A DNA stretch of 64,000 bases from Candidatus Latescibacterota bacterium. Its GTDB lineage: Bacteria; Latescibacterota; UBA2968; GCA-2709665. Position 1 is the first letter of the stretch, and each line of letters starts with the position of its first letter. The notes below the pieces were generated by a model. It was not told the origin of the DNA. It made no database searches and saw only the letters and a program-made list of their open reading frames with translations. The stretch is from NCBI GenBank assembly GCA_965203805.1, contig OZ241917.1:2336001-2400000 (forward strand). Reading direction: 5' to 3'. Shown here one piece after another: positions 42,541-53,196 of this stretch. The position numbers were made by a program, and so were the translations under genes.

Positions 42541-43395
42541 ATGGAACGCATCGTCACTTACGGGCGAATGATCAAGTTTTCGCACAGCGTCTTCGCCCTT
42601 CCGTTTGCCTTCAGCGGCGCGGCGCTGGCCGCGCTGGAAGCGGATATCAGCCTGGCGCAGGTGTTCTGGATCGCCGTGGCGATGGTGGGCGCCCGAAGCG
42701 CGGCGATGGGATTCAACCGGCTGGTGGACCGGGACATGGACGCGGCGAATCCCAGGACCGCGGCGCGAGAGTTGCCGCGCGGCCTCATCTCGCCGGGCGC
42801 CGTGCGCGTGTTGATCGCGATATCCTCCCTGGCGCTGATCGTCGCCGCCTGGAGACTGAACCCTCTGTGTTTCGCGCTATCTCCAGTGGCGCTGGGTATC
42901 GTCTTCTTCTATTCCTACACCAAGCGATTCACGTGGGCCACGCAGTTATTTCTCGGTCTGGCGCTGTCTCTGGCGCCCGTCGGCGCATGGATTGCGATTA
43001 CAGGGCGCCTCGACGCCGGGATCCTGCTGCTGGCCGGCGCCGTATTGGCCTGGGTTTCCGGGTTCGACATCATCTATGCCTGCCAGGACGTCGCGTTCGA
43101 CCGCGTCCATGGGATTTGTTCGATTCCTCAACGCTTCGGCGTGCGCCGGGCGCTGGCCATCGCACGGGGTTTTCATGCGATTTCATTTTTTTTGATGGCC
43201 GCGGTGGGTGTGTTTTTCGAGCTGGGAGTCATCTACATGGCAGGACTGATCGTGGTGGCGGCGCTGATGGTGTACGAGCACCGGCTGGTGAAGCCGGAAG
43301 ACCTTTCTCGACTGGGCGTGGCGTTCATGAACGTGAATGCCGCGATTAGCGCCGTCTTTTTCGCCTTTACGCTCGGAGACGTGTTGTGGCGGTGA
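42541..43395 (+). CDS. UbiA-family prenyltransferase (MqnP-like)
   Basis: IKFSHSVFALPFA, NRLVDRDMDAANPRT, YSYTKRF, FDIIYACQD. Confidence 0.88.
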   Translation: MERIVTYGRMIKFSHSVFALPFAFSGAALAALEADISLAQVFWIAVAMVGARSAAMGFNRLVDRDMDAANPRTAARELPRGLISPGAVRVLIAISSLALIVAAWRLNPLCFALSPVALGIVFFYSYTKRFTWATQLFLGLALSLAPVGAWIAITGRLDAGILLLAGAVLAWVSGFDIIYACQDVAFDRVHGICSIPQRFGVRRALAIARGFHAISFFLMAAVGVFFELGVIYMAGLIVVAALMVYEHRLVKPEDLSRLGVAFMNVNAAISAVFFAFTLGDVLWR

Positions 43396-43994
43396 ACCGG
43401 ATTGCGGTTGCGATCACCGGCGCCAGCGGGGCCATCTATGCCCTTCGGACCCTGCGGGCGCTGCTGCTGAACGGGGACGAGGTACACCTGATTGTGTCCG
43501 GGTTCGGCTGGATGTTGTTGCGAGAGGAAGGGGGCTTCGAGGGGAAACAGTCCGAATTTGAGGATTTTCTCGCTGACCGGTACGGCGCCGGGGTTTCGAA
43601 CGGGCGCGTGATCGTCCACCAGATCGGCAACATGGCGGCGTCGGTCGCAAGCGGGTCCGTGGGCGTGCGGGGCATGGTCGTCGTGCCGTGTTCAATGAAA
43701 TATCTGTCGAATATCGCTCACGGCGCGTCCGGAAACCTGATCGAACGGGCCGCGGACGTCACGCTCAAGGAACACCGACCGCTGATTCTGGTTCCACGCG
43801 AAACGCCGATGAGCCTGATCCACCTTCGGAACATGACCGCCGCCGCCGAGGCGGGAGCCGCCATCGTGCCGGCCATGCCGGCATTCTACCAGAAGCCGGA
43901 GACGTTTGACGACCTGGCGGATTTCGTCGCCGGGCGGATCCTGAATCTCTTGAACATCGAACACGATCTGTTTCCACCGTGGACAGGGATGTAA
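43392..43994 (+). CDS. ubiX: Flavin prenyltransferase
   Basis: ITGASGA, ASGS, PCSM, RAADVTLKE, RETP, PAFY. Confidence 0.92.
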   Translation: MNRIAVAITGASGAIYALRTLRALLLNGDEVHLIVSGFGWMLLREEGGFEGKQSEFEDFLADRYGAGVSNGRVIVHQIGNMAASVASGSVGVRGMVVVPCSMKYLSNIAHGASGNLIERAADVTLKEHRPLILVPRETPMSLIHLRNMTAAAEAGAAIVPAMPAFYQKPETFDDLADFVAGRILNLLNIEHDLFPPWTGM

Positions 43995-44040
43995 CGACGT
44001 ATCCTTCACGCCGCGCCCAAGCCACACAAAGGGACAGCCG

Positions 44041-45336
44041 ATGCACACCGACCTGACGCATCACATTCAGGAGACCGCCCTGGTCGATACGCACGAGCAT
44101 TTGCGAAAGGAACCGGACTGGGTACACGAAGGCCCCGACATCCTGCAGGATCTGTTTGGAAATTACGTTACCGCCGACCTTCACACGGCAGGCGCCTCCC
44201 CTGCCGCAATGAAGCGGTTGATGGATGGGACGGATGCGGACATCGCCGGGCGGTTCGAGGGTATCCGCGAAGCCTGGGAAGCGACGCAGTTTACAGGATA
44301 CGGAGAAGCGGTGCGGTTGATCGCCAGGCACGTGTACGGCATCGACGTCCTGACAGCGGACGCCATTACGTCCGCTCAGGAAAGGATACACGCACTGCGG
44401 CGTCCCGGGGAACGACTGCGCCTGCTGCGCGACACGGCCAACCTGGATCACGTTCAGACGGACGATTTCCAATGGGCATGCCTGCCGGATGATTCGGGAC
44501 CGGATTTTTTCCTGTACGATCTCTCCTGGGCGGGATTCTGCAACGGGCAGATCAATCTCGAGCACATGCACACCGAGACGAACGTTGAGGTAACGGGTCT
44601 CGAAACCCTCAAACAGGCGATGGAAGGCATCTTCTCCAAATACGCGGACTGCGCCATCGCCGTGAAGACTCAGCACGCGTACAGCCGGACCCTGAACTGG
44701 CGTGAACGCGACGACTCGGAGGCTGCCGGCGCGCTCGAAAGGATACTGCGGGGGGCCGACGAAGACGTCCCGGAGCAGACGCGGCTTTGCCTCGGTGACT
44801 GGTGCTGGGCGCGCGGCGTGGAACTCTCCATCGCGCACAACCTGCCGTTCAAGATCCACACGGGATACTACGCGGGCAACGACCGCATGCCCGTAAGCCG
44901 GATCGCCGCCGGGAACATGTGCGCGTTATTCGCACGGTACCCGGACGCCCGCTTTGTCCTGATGCACATCGCCTACCCGTATAACGATGAACTGGTCGCC
45001 CTGGCCAAGCACTTCCGGAACATCTGGGTCGACCTCTGCTGGGCATGGAGCATCGACCCCTATAGTTCGAGGGACTTTCTTCGCCGTTTCCTGCATGCCG
45101 TCCCCGCCAACAAGCTGTTCGCGTTCGGCGGCGATACGGGCTGGCCCACGGGTGCGCTCGCGTATTCCATCCAGGCCCGGAATGAAATCCGCCGCGGGCT
45201 CGAGGCGGAAGTCGCTGAAGGATATCTGAGTGAGAAACAGGCGATGGACGTTGCGACCCGGATCATGCGGGAGAACCAGTACGCCTGTTTCGATATCGAT
45301 GGAACGCGTGCAAACATACGCGTTGCAGCGGCATAA
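44041..45336 (+). CDS. Amidohydrolase_2 family protein
   Basis: DTHEH, KIHTG, FVLMHIAYP, FGGD. Confidence 0.82.
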   Translation: MHTDLTHHIQETALVDTHEHLRKEPDWVHEGPDILQDLFGNYVTADLHTAGASPAAMKRLMDGTDADIAGRFEGIREAWEATQFTGYGEAVRLIARHVYGIDVLTADAITSAQERIHALRRPGERLRLLRDTANLDHVQTDDFQWACLPDDSGPDFFLYDLSWAGFCNGQINLEHMHTETNVEVTGLETLKQAMEGIFSKYADCAIAVKTQHAYSRTLNWRERDDSEAAGALERILRGADEDVPEQTRLCLGDWCWARGVELSIAHNLPFKIHTGYYAGNDRMPVSRIAAGNMCALFARYPDARFVLMHIAYPYNDELVALAKHFRNIWVDLCWAWSIDPYSSRDFLRRFLHAVPANKLFAFGGDTGWPTGALAYSIQARNEIRRGLEAEVAEGYLSEKQAMDVATRIMRENQYACFDIDGTRANIRVAAA

Positions 45337-45376
45337 CAACTGCATAGCTGATTAGACGACCGTACGAGGTGAAGAG

Positions 45377-45712
45377 TTGCCACAGGTTACAGACGCCCTT
45401 CTGGACGAGATGGTAAGAACCATCGTCGACGAAGCCGATCCCGAACAGGTGATCCTGTTCGGTTCGTACGCTCGCGGTACTGCTACGTACGATTCTGACG
45501 TGGATTTGCTGGTCATTGAATCAGAACCGTTCGCGAACGCGCAGTTGAGATACGAAGAGGGAATCAGGCTCTATGATGCACTGTCTCACTTTCAGGTTCC
45601 CAAGGACATTCTGGTCTACAGCCGGGAACGAGTCGAGTATTGGCGTGACTCCCTCAACAACGTCGTAGCGCGAGCCCTGCGCGAAGGACGGGTGCTTTAT
45701 GAACGACGTTAA
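45377..45712 (+). CDS. Minimal nucleotidyltransferase (MNT antitoxin-like)
   Basis: ILFGSYARG...DSDVDLLVI, DILV, REGRVLYE. Confidence 0.85.
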   Translation: MPQVTDALLDEMVRTIVDEADPEQVILFGSYARGTATYDSDVDLLVIESEPFANAQLRYEEGIRLYDALSHFQVPKDILVYSRERVEYWRDSLNNVVARALREGRVLYERR

Positions 45713-45726
45713 ACAAGCCCGCATTA

Positions 45727-45767
45727 AGAAAGAGGCCGCCGTATGTACGCAATCGGCGGCTTCTCTT
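45727..45767. terminator. Probable bidirectional terminator hairpin
   Basis: GAGGCCGCCG...CGGCGGCTTC inverted repeat between convergent genes. Confidence 0.5.
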
Positions 45768-45798
45768 GTATCATACTAAGTTATTTGGCGGGTGCGAC

Positions 45799-47082
45799 TT
45801 AGTGATATCGCTCCACGTCGAAATTGACGCGCATCGAAACCAGCGCACGTACCGTACGCACCCTGTCTTCGCGATTGCCTTCCGTCTGCCTGTACCCGCC
45901 GAACACAGCGGCCACGTCCAGCGCGAAATACCGGTCCAGTTCAGCGCCGATCCCAAGCGTCCACGCATCGCGGTCCGTCTCGATCTGCACGTCGGGTACA
46001 GGACCGCCTCCAACGTATCGGACCGGATCCCGATAGTAGCCGCCCCTCAACGCGAGGCCCCGCCCGGAAATCGCGTATTCGCCGCCCAGATGGATCCGCA
46101 CCGCGTTTCGGTATTGCCGGCGGAAATCGTCCACGTGCGGCACAATGTTCCGCGCCCGGACGTTGTAGGTGGCTTCCTGCAGGTCGCCGTAATGCACGTC
46201 ACCGCTCAACGTCAGTCCCTTTGAGGTCCATCCCAGACCGAATCCCAGTGAAATCGGCTGCCGTATCTCGTACCTGTCCACGTAATAATCGCGGGGATAG
46301 GTATCTTTCCGATCTTCGTATGTATCTTCGAACTCATCCGCGACTTCCGCCGACACGCGAATGGGAGTCGCCACGGAAATCGTCACGCCAATCCGGAAAT
46401 TCGACGGGTGCCAGAATCGGATGCCACCCTGAAGCCCCAGCGCGGAAAATTCGTCGTCGGACTCGAAACGCTGATAAAGACGTACCGTATCCACATGGAC
46501 CTGCTGCACGTCTTCAAGCGTCAATTCCTGCATGAACCGGTTGGTTCCCCGCCATCTGTACAGAGATAGACCCGCGGATAGGCTCGGCGCCACGTCCACT
46601 GCGGCGCCAATCGTCCACGCGCCGAAGGCGCCCCGGTCTTCCGAAAAACCCGATTTTTCGAAGTCGGCGACGTCATCGTACGCATCGATCCGCAATCCGC
46701 CGTCGAAGTGCCGGGTGCGCCCGAAACCCGCCGCGAAAACCAGGCTGCCCCGGTAGACGGGAACCGGATATACGACGCCCGCCGACGCGAAGCGCGTGCT
46801 ATTCAACTCGAACGCGGAGGGTCGACTGAAGAATTGCGACTCGTTCCGAAACCGGTCGTGCGACATCCCCCACGAGATCGACCCGTGTTGGGCCCTTGCC
46901 AATCCGGCAGGGTTCCAGAAAAGGCCGGAAAAATCGTCCGATTCCGTGACATAGGCGCCGCCCATCCCCATTGCGCGCGCGCCGATGCCCGAGAACCCAT
47001 CCAGCGCGACCTCCTGCGCGCTCGCCGACGCCGCCCACGCGCAGATTGCCAGCATCGGAACCGTGGAACCGACTCGCCTCAT
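45799..47082 (-). CDS. FadL/OmpP1-like outer-membrane protein
   Basis: Signal peptide, GARAMGMGGAY, FWNPAGL, LRGGYY. Confidence 0.8.
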   Translation of the reverse strand: MRRVGSTVPMLAICAWAASASAQEVALDGFSGIGARAMGMGGAYVTESDDFSGLFWNPAGLARAQHGSISWGMSHDRFRNESQFFSRPSAFELNSTRFASAGVVYPVPVYRGSLVFAAGFGRTRHFDGGLRIDAYDDVADFEKSGFSEDRGAFGAWTIGAAVDVAPSLSAGLSLYRWRGTNRFMQELTLEDVQQVHVDTVRLYQRFESDDEFSALGLQGGIRFWHPSNFRIGVTISVATPIRVSAEVADEFEDTYEDRKDTYPRDYYVDRYEIRQPISLGFGLGWTSKGLTLSGDVHYGDLQEATYNVRARNIVPHVDDFRRQYRNAVRIHLGGEYAISGRGLALRGGYYRDPVRYVGGGPVPDVQIETDRDAWTLGIGAELDRYFALDVAAVFGGYRQTEGNREDRVRTVRALVSMRVNFDVERYH

Positions 47083-47753
47083 CGCATCCCCCCTCTGCGC
47101 CGCTGTTTCTCACGTTTCTCCTCGCGCTTTTCCTCCTGCTTTTTTTCTTCCTTCTGTGAAGACGGCTTACTGCTGCCCGAATCGCGCGGTTTCGAAGCGG
47201 TTCCGGATGCGCTGCCCGATTTCTCCGGTTTCGGATTTGCCCGGGTCGCGCCTACCGACGGAGCTCTGCGGACCCGCGTGGTCTTCTTTGTTCCGCGGCC
47301 CTTACGGACCGTGCCGGCGGATAAGGGATCGCCACCCCGCAGTCCGGAATGTCTCAAACGCAAATGGGGTTCCGGAAGCTCGATCGGATCCGACTCGATC
47401 CACCGATATCTTACGGTGGGATAATACCCGCGTCCGTGAGCCAGACGTTGCCGCATCCACCCCCGCCACCACGGGCCGTAGACGGCCGTCCACCACGAAT
47501 ACCGCCAATTCAGACCGCGTCGACTCCGAATTGGATATTCCGCCCACCGGGGATCGAAAAACGGCGAAGTCCCCCAGGTTCCCTGGCCGAAATGGTCGTA
47601 GACATGATACTTGTATATCCGCACGACGGTGGTATCGACCGGCGAACCGGATTCGACAAGATCATCCGCCACATACTCGGGCGGCCGAATCTGCGTATAG
47701 CACCCTGAAAGTGTGAACAGGCAGAAAAGTGCGAGACCGATTCGATGCGCCAT
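47079..47753 (-). CDS. Hypothetical lipoprotein
   Basis: Lipobox LSGC-YT, W/Y-rich middle, basic low-complexity tail; overlaps the downstream OMP start. Confidence 0.65.
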   Translation of the reverse strand: MAHRIGLALFCLFTLSGCYTQIRPPEYVADDLVESGSPVDTTVVRIYKYHVYDHFGQGTWGTSPFFDPRWAEYPIRSRRGLNWRYSWWTAVYGPWWRGWMRQRLAHGRGYYPTVRYRWIESDPIELPEPHLRLRHSGLRGGDPLSAGTVRKGRGTKKTTRVRRAPSVGATRANPKPEKSGSASGTASKPRDSGSSKPSSQKEEKKQEEKREEKREKQRRRGGMR

Positions 47754-48059
47754 GGCAGACTCCCTCGTTACGAAACCCGCTCATTCCAGCCACAGTCTTC
47801 CGCCCGTCGCTCCCCTCTCAAATAATAGCCGATTTCCAACCTCGGCACAATACTATATAAATAACCGGTGAAAAGGAAGAACGAAGAAGAAAGAACTGAA
47901 AGCGGTGAGACGGAAGAGGGTAGACGGTAGATGAAAGCGGTGAGACGGTAGACGTTAGACGGGAGAGGATAACGTTACCACAATGTTCTCACACTAACCG
48001 TGCTTGTTTCTCTACCGTTATCGTAACGACCAGAAATACTATTTGGCACTCATGTCATC

Positions 48060-49508
48060 TCACGTCTCACTGCGTTTAGCGATGCTTTGAAGAAGCCCCC
48101 CGAACAGCAGGACGTGAATCGGATACAGGGCGTGCCAATAGAATCGTCCCCACAGGCCGACCGCGTCGAAGACTGCGGTCTGGCGCACCCTGGATCCCCC
48201 ACCTTCTCGCGGCGTGACGTCGAACTCGAGCCAGCCGCGGCCCGGCAGCTTCATCTCCGCCTCGAGGCGCAGACGGGCGTCCCGTTCGTAAACCTCGACC
48301 CGCCAGCAGTCCAGAACCTCGCCGGCGGCAAGTTGTTCCGAGTCGCGCCGGCCACGGCTCATGCCGACCCCGCCCAACAACTGGTCGATCAGACCGCGCA
48401 AGCGCCACATCCAATGGCCGTAGTACCAGCCTTCCGCGCCTCCTATGCGCCGGATTGGGGCGAATGCGGCTGCAGGTGGCACGGGCAGGTCGACGAACGC
48501 CGAATGGATCAGCCTCCCGCGGATGCGGACACCGCCCCAGCGCAAGGTCGTCGCGGTTGCAAGCGTGGCCTCCGACCACGGCGCGGCCGCGAACGCCGCG
48601 TCCTCTTCCTCAACCGCGCGGGCGATCGCGGGAACCAGCCCGAGCGGTTGAATCGGAAACGCGGTTCTTGCAGCGGCGTCATTCACGACGGTCGCGGTCC
48701 GCAGTCCGTCGACCAGTTGGCGGCCGACCCTCGCGTAGACAGGAGTCGTCAGATCCAGCCAGAGACTCGACAGGCGCGGCGTCAGCAACGGCACGGGAAT
48801 CAGCAGTCGCCGGAGACCGCGCCATCGGGCGTACTCGCGCATGATCTCGCGGTACGACACTACGTCCGCTCCGCCCACCTCGTACAGACGGCTCTCGCCA
48901 TGGGGCAGGTCGAGCGCCGCCGCGAGGTACGCCACCAGGTCGGCCAGTGCGATCGGCTGGGTGGGCGTGCGGACCCATGATGGGCAGACCATCACCGGAA
49001 GCCGCTCGACCAGCGCGCGAATCAGTTCGAACGAAAGGCTGCCGGCGCCCAGCACGATCCCGCTGCGGAACTCGATGACAGGCACCCCGGACGCCCGCAG
49101 CATTTCGCCGGTCTCGTGACGGCTGCGCAGGTGCCTGGACAGTCCTGAGGAGGATCCCAGGCCGCCCACGTACACGATGCGCCGCACCCCGGCAGCCCGA
49201 GCCGCCGCGCCGAAGTTCTGCGCCGCCTCGCGGTCACGGGTTTCGAAATCGGCGCTTCCGCCCATCGAATGGACCATATAGTAGGCCGTATCAATCCCCG
49301 CGAATGCGCCATGTAGCGAAGCCGGATCCAGGCAGTCGCCGCGGACAACGCTGCTGTTCGGCCCGATCTGACCTGTCAGCGCATCCGGACGGCGCGTCAT
49401 ACAGCGCACCGCGCGTCCGCCCGCCTCCAGGGCCGGGAGCAACCGCCCCCCGATGCACCCGGTGGCGCCGGTAAGCAGGATCGCCGGCTGCTGAATTGTA
49501 CCTTTCAT
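48060..49508 (-). CDS. Atypical SDR with DUF2867-like C-terminal domain (YbjT-like)
   Basis: TGATGCIG, AYYMVHSM, SRHLRSR, GSLSFE, AEMKLPG. Confidence 0.85.
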   Translation of the reverse strand: MKGTIQQPAILLTGATGCIGGRLLPALEAGGRAVRCMTRRPDALTGQIGPNSSVVRGDCLDPASLHGAFAGIDTAYYMVHSMGGSADFETRDREAAQNFGAAARAAGVRRIVYVGGLGSSSGLSRHLRSRHETGEMLRASGVPVIEFRSGIVLGAGSLSFELIRALVERLPVMVCPSWVRTPTQPIALADLVAYLAAALDLPHGESRLYEVGGADVVSYREIMREYARWRGLRRLLIPVPLLTPRLSSLWLDLTTPVYARVGRQLVDGLRTATVVNDAAARTAFPIQPLGLVPAIARAVEEEDAAFAAAPWSEATLATATTLRWGGVRIRGRLIHSAFVDLPVPPAAAFAPIRRIGGAEGWYYGHWMWRLRGLIDQLLGGVGMSRGRRDSEQLAAGEVLDCWRVEVYERDARLRLEAEMKLPGRGWLEFDVTPREGGGSRVRQTAVFDAVGLWGRFYWHALYPIHVLLFGGLLQSIAKRSET

Positions 49509-49664
49509 CAGGCCTCTCTCCGCCTCCGCCGACCTACCCCCTATCCCCCTTCCCGGGGGGAGCTGATTTTTGATCTTGCTTCAAGCTGACTGCTGACCGC
49601 TGATAGCTGCCTTTTGCTGCTTCTCAACGGCCGGGGGAGAGGCCCGCGGAGCGCCACTGCCTTC

Positions 49665-52391
49665 TCATCGAAACAGCCCAGAGTATTTCAGGGTCATGAT
49701 GTAGTCCTGCGATCCCTGCTTTTTGGCCAGGGGTCGGTTGTCGTAGATGTCCCATCCGAAGCCGAAGAGAAACTGGTCCTTGTAAACGGAAACGGCCACG
49801 CCCAGAGATATGGCCAGCGAGTTTTCGGTTGAAAGGGCCTCGAGGACGTTGCCGATAGCGGTCAGATGGATACCGGAAATCGACGGGTTATCCACGTTGT
49901 GCCAGCCGGCAAACGCCAGTCCGGGCAGGCCGATCAGGCGCTCGGTACCGCCCCGGACCCGTTTGCCGTCCGCGTCTGTATAATCGCGGCCGGGCCGAAT
50001 CGTCAGGAAGGACACCAGCGGCCTGGCCTCGAACTCCCACTTCCACCCGCCGGCTTCCAGAATCTGCGATACGCTCTGGGGCGCGGCGCCCGGGTAACTT
50101 CGGCTCGTTATCCTGATGCGCACGCGGCGATTGTCTTTTTCCGACAACTGCAGGTTGAGATCTTCGGCGGGAACCCGGCTGCCGCTCGTTTCGTGGATTG
50201 TGACCTTTTTGCTTCTGGTTCCGCCCTTTGGGGCGTAGTCTTCGCCGAGCCGGGTCCATTCGACGATCATTTCACGACCGATCAGCGCCCGCCTGAGCGA
50301 GTCGGGAATCGCGAAGACCACGTCGACTTTGGTGCCGTCCTTCTGCACGATGGGGACATTGTCCCAGTCGACGGCCAGGGGACGCGCTTCGTCGTCGCGT
50401 GAGACCAGGATCTCGACAATCTGCGCCAGGTCGATGTCTCCGAGCACCCCCTGCCCTTTGAATTCGAGCGGCCGCGCCCGGTCCTTGAAGTCGTTGCTTA
50501 CCAGCCAGACGGAACCCCGGCGTTCGCCCAGGGCATCGGGCGCAAAAGAAAGCTTCAGGCTCACGGACTCCCCCGGGGGGAGCGCGAACTGCGCCGGGTC
50601 GACGCGGGCTTCCTTGCTCTGGGGATGCGCTTCGACCCGCAGCACAGTATCGCCGACGTTGGTGGCCACCAGCGTCCTCTCCACGTCTTCTCCCAGCGCC
50701 GCGTAGCCGAAGTCGACGACCCCCGCAGGGTTCAACTCGATCTCCGCGCCCACTCCGTTGCCTTTGAGCAGGACATCGAGCGTTATTCTCTCGTTCGCGC
50801 CCAGGGCGTCGAAGCGCAATGTCCCTGAAATCGCTCCGCGGGCTGACGGACTGAAGGCCAAGTGCAGCGGCAGGGAGCGCTGGCTCTGCGCGGGCAACAG
50901 GAAGGCGTCGATCGGGGAATGGACGGAGAATTCCGCGCTCGTCAAGCGAAGCTGGTGAATCTCGAGGTCGGCGTTGCCCACGTTGGTGAACTCGACGACC
51001 CGGGGGCTGCTTTCACCAACGGCAACGCGCCCGAAGTCCACGGTTTCCGGGCTGACGGCAAAGAACCGGCCCACGCCCAGCAAGCGCACCGTCCGACGCC
51101 TGGCTTCGGTCTCAACGTGGAGGACGGCCTGGCGGGCGCCGGCTTCTCTGGGCGAAAAGCTGAGCGCCATCCGTGCGCCGGCGCCGGGCTGAACAAGGAC
51201 GGAGTTCTGCGCAAGTTCGAATTCAAGGCCCTCATCTTCCACAACAGAGACCTCGACGGCGCCCGGCTGGCCGCCCCGGTTCCAAAGAAGCAGATGGTTG
51301 CGCGAAGCCTCTCCAATGGGCACGCTGCCGAAGTCGATGTCTTTACTGATTATTTCGATTCGGGGCGGGCTGACGCGGCCGCGACCCGTGAGGGGGATGG
51401 CGACCTCGACGGCTTCCGGATCGCTGGTACGCAGGCGGAGGGCGCCGCTTTGGACCCCTGCGTTTTGCGGCGCAAAGGCCACGCTGAGGTCGAGCCGCCC
51501 CTCGGGAGCAATACTCGCCGTGGCGTCTGCGGCTTCGAGGACAAAGGCCGCCCCCTCTGCAATTGCGCCTTCAACGCGCAACGCGGCAGGACCCTGGTTG
51601 AGAACGGTCACGTTGCGCATCAAGCGACGCCCCACCTCGACGGCGCCGAAGTCGAGGCCCACCCGTGGGAGGGGTGAAAAAACCGCGCGCGGCGCCAGAC
51701 CGCTCCCTCGCAATGGAACGGACCAATCTCCGAAATCGGCCGCTGAGACCACCAGTTCAGTAGCGACCGTCCCCGCGCGCGTTGGAACGAACGCAACCTC
51801 TATCCGCGTTTCATCGCCGGGGGCGGGCCACGGTCCCTTACCACCCTCAACGTGGAATGGACCCTGCAGGCGGGTAACGTTCATCGGCTCCGCCGCTACG
51901 GGAGTCGTGCCGGTGTTCTTGACGACGACGACCGCGGTCGAATCCTGTGCGACGGGTATCGCGCCGAAATCGATCCCACCGGAAGGCAGGATCTCCACGT
52001 TCGTTGGAACGACCACCGCTTGCAGCGGCACCGTCTGGCGCTGTCCTGTGAACAGGGAGCCGATTTGCAGCGTAAGTTCACCCACGTAACGACCGGCCGC
52101 ATTTGCACTGAAGCGCACGTCCACACGACCGACACCCCGCGCATCCAGGCGCAGCGTATCCGCTTTTGCGGCGAAACCCATACCGCTGATGCCGACAATC
52201 ACACTGAGCTCTTCGTCGTGCAGGTTTTCGAGATCAACGGAAGCATTGGCTACGAATCCAACGCCGACCTGGCCCAGATCAAGCGCATCGGGGACAATGG
52301 TGAGGGGCTCGGCGTGGAGTCTCGCAGTCAGGAAAAGGAGAGCGATTCCGAGAAATCGAGAACAGCGACTAACCCGCCAGAATGCCGACAT
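49665..52391 (-). CDS. Secreted protein with tandem ASH/choice-of-anchor D Ig-like domains
   Basis: About six repeats of (L/I/V)DFG.V..G...V.N.G...F.P...G.L.....G.G; signal peptide. Confidence 0.8.
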   Translation of the reverse strand: MSAFWRVSRCSRFLGIALLFLTARLHAEPLTIVPDALDLGQVGVGFVANASVDLENLHDEELSVIVGISGMGFAAKADTLRLDARGVGRVDVRFSANAAGRYVGELTLQIGSLFTGQRQTVPLQAVVVPTNVEILPSGGIDFGAIPVAQDSTAVVVVKNTGTTPVAAEPMNVTRLQGPFHVEGGKGPWPAPGDETRIEVAFVPTRAGTVATELVVSAADFGDWSVPLRGSGLAPRAVFSPLPRVGLDFGAVEVGRRLMRNVTVLNQGPAALRVEGAIAEGAAFVLEAADATASIAPEGRLDLSVAFAPQNAGVQSGALRLRTSDPEAVEVAIPLTGRGRVSPPRIEIISKDIDFGSVPIGEASRNHLLLWNRGGQPGAVEVSVVEDEGLEFELAQNSVLVQPGAGARMALSFSPREAGARQAVLHVETEARRRTVRLLGVGRFFAVSPETVDFGRVAVGESSPRVVEFTNVGNADLEIHQLRLTSAEFSVHSPIDAFLLPAQSQRSLPLHLAFSPSARGAISGTLRFDALGANERITLDVLLKGNGVGAEIELNPAGVVDFGYAALGEDVERTLVATNVGDTVLRVEAHPQSKEARVDPAQFALPPGESVSLKLSFAPDALGERRGSVWLVSNDFKDRARPLEFKGQGVLGDIDLAQIVEILVSRDDEARPLAVDWDNVPIVQKDGTKVDVVFAIPDSLRRALIGREMIVEWTRLGEDYAPKGGTRSKKVTIHETSGSRVPAEDLNLQLSEKDNRRVRIRITSRSYPGAAPQSVSQILEAGGWKWEFEARPLVSFLTIRPGRDYTDADGKRVRGGTERLIGLPGLAFAGWHNVDNPSISGIHLTAIGNVLEALSTENSLAISLGVAVSVYKDQFLFGFGWDIYDNRPLAKKQGSQDYIMTLKYSGLFR

Positions 52392-52994
52392 ACCTGCGCC
52401 CCAATCACCTGCCGTGTCATGTGGATGGGATCCGTTTCACGCCCTCGACGGTCCGTGAAAATCGGCGCGTAATGTGACGAACCGATTCACTTTGACCACG
52501 AAGAATTCCGCATGACGCAATTCGGCGTGTTGACATACACCGACGCGTCGATATGAATATACAAAAGGGCGGCGCGCGATACAATCCGTTCCCCCCATTT
52601 TGCCGATGCGCAAGGCGTCATCAATGGCGTTCGGCGCATTATTGCAGGGGAGACCGCCCGGTCGTCCCTGCAAATCGACGGATATCGGCCGCCCTGCAGC
52701 ACCGCGATCCGATCCGCGAGCAGCAGCGCGGCGCACGAAAACCCTCCCGATTTAACCGGGGATTTTATTTCGACATAATTGACTCATTCTGCCGATTGGC
52801 ATATAATCACAGAGATACCGAAGGTACACCCGTCGGCAATTTAAGCTGCAATCGGCGTGTCGGGATAGACGGGCCTGGGAAACCTGAAATCCGGTCCGAC
52901 AAATGTCGCCCATGTTCACAAGTGTGACGATACTCAACAGTATCGCTGACCCAATGGAAATCACTACTTATTGTTAAACCTTATGTTATGTGTT

Positions 52995-53010
52995 TGGCAC
53001 GGCGGTTGCT
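52995..53010 (+). promoter_or_regulatory. Putative sigma-54 (-24/-12) promoter
   Basis: TGGCACG-GCGG-TTGCT matches the TGGCACG-N4-TTGCW consensus; AT-rich tract just upstream. Confidence 0.55.
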
Positions 53011-53196
53011 TATCCATTCTGCGGAAGGAACGATCACACAGCAACGACGACCCATTCTTCAAGTGCGAAATCGCTTGACCGATAGAATTCCGGGATAGAC
53101 GGATCTTCGGGAAAGTCGCTTAAGACAACGGCGCATACGTGTCTCACGTGCGGACTGTCGCCGAGTGGATGTAAACCCTACAGATTGGAGGATACA

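Noticed and set aside
47897-47965. 17-bp direct repeat TGAAAGCGGTGAGACGG (47897, 47932) as a mini-CRISPR
   Set aside because: Only two copies in a low-complexity GTAGACG-type tract, with no unique spacer.
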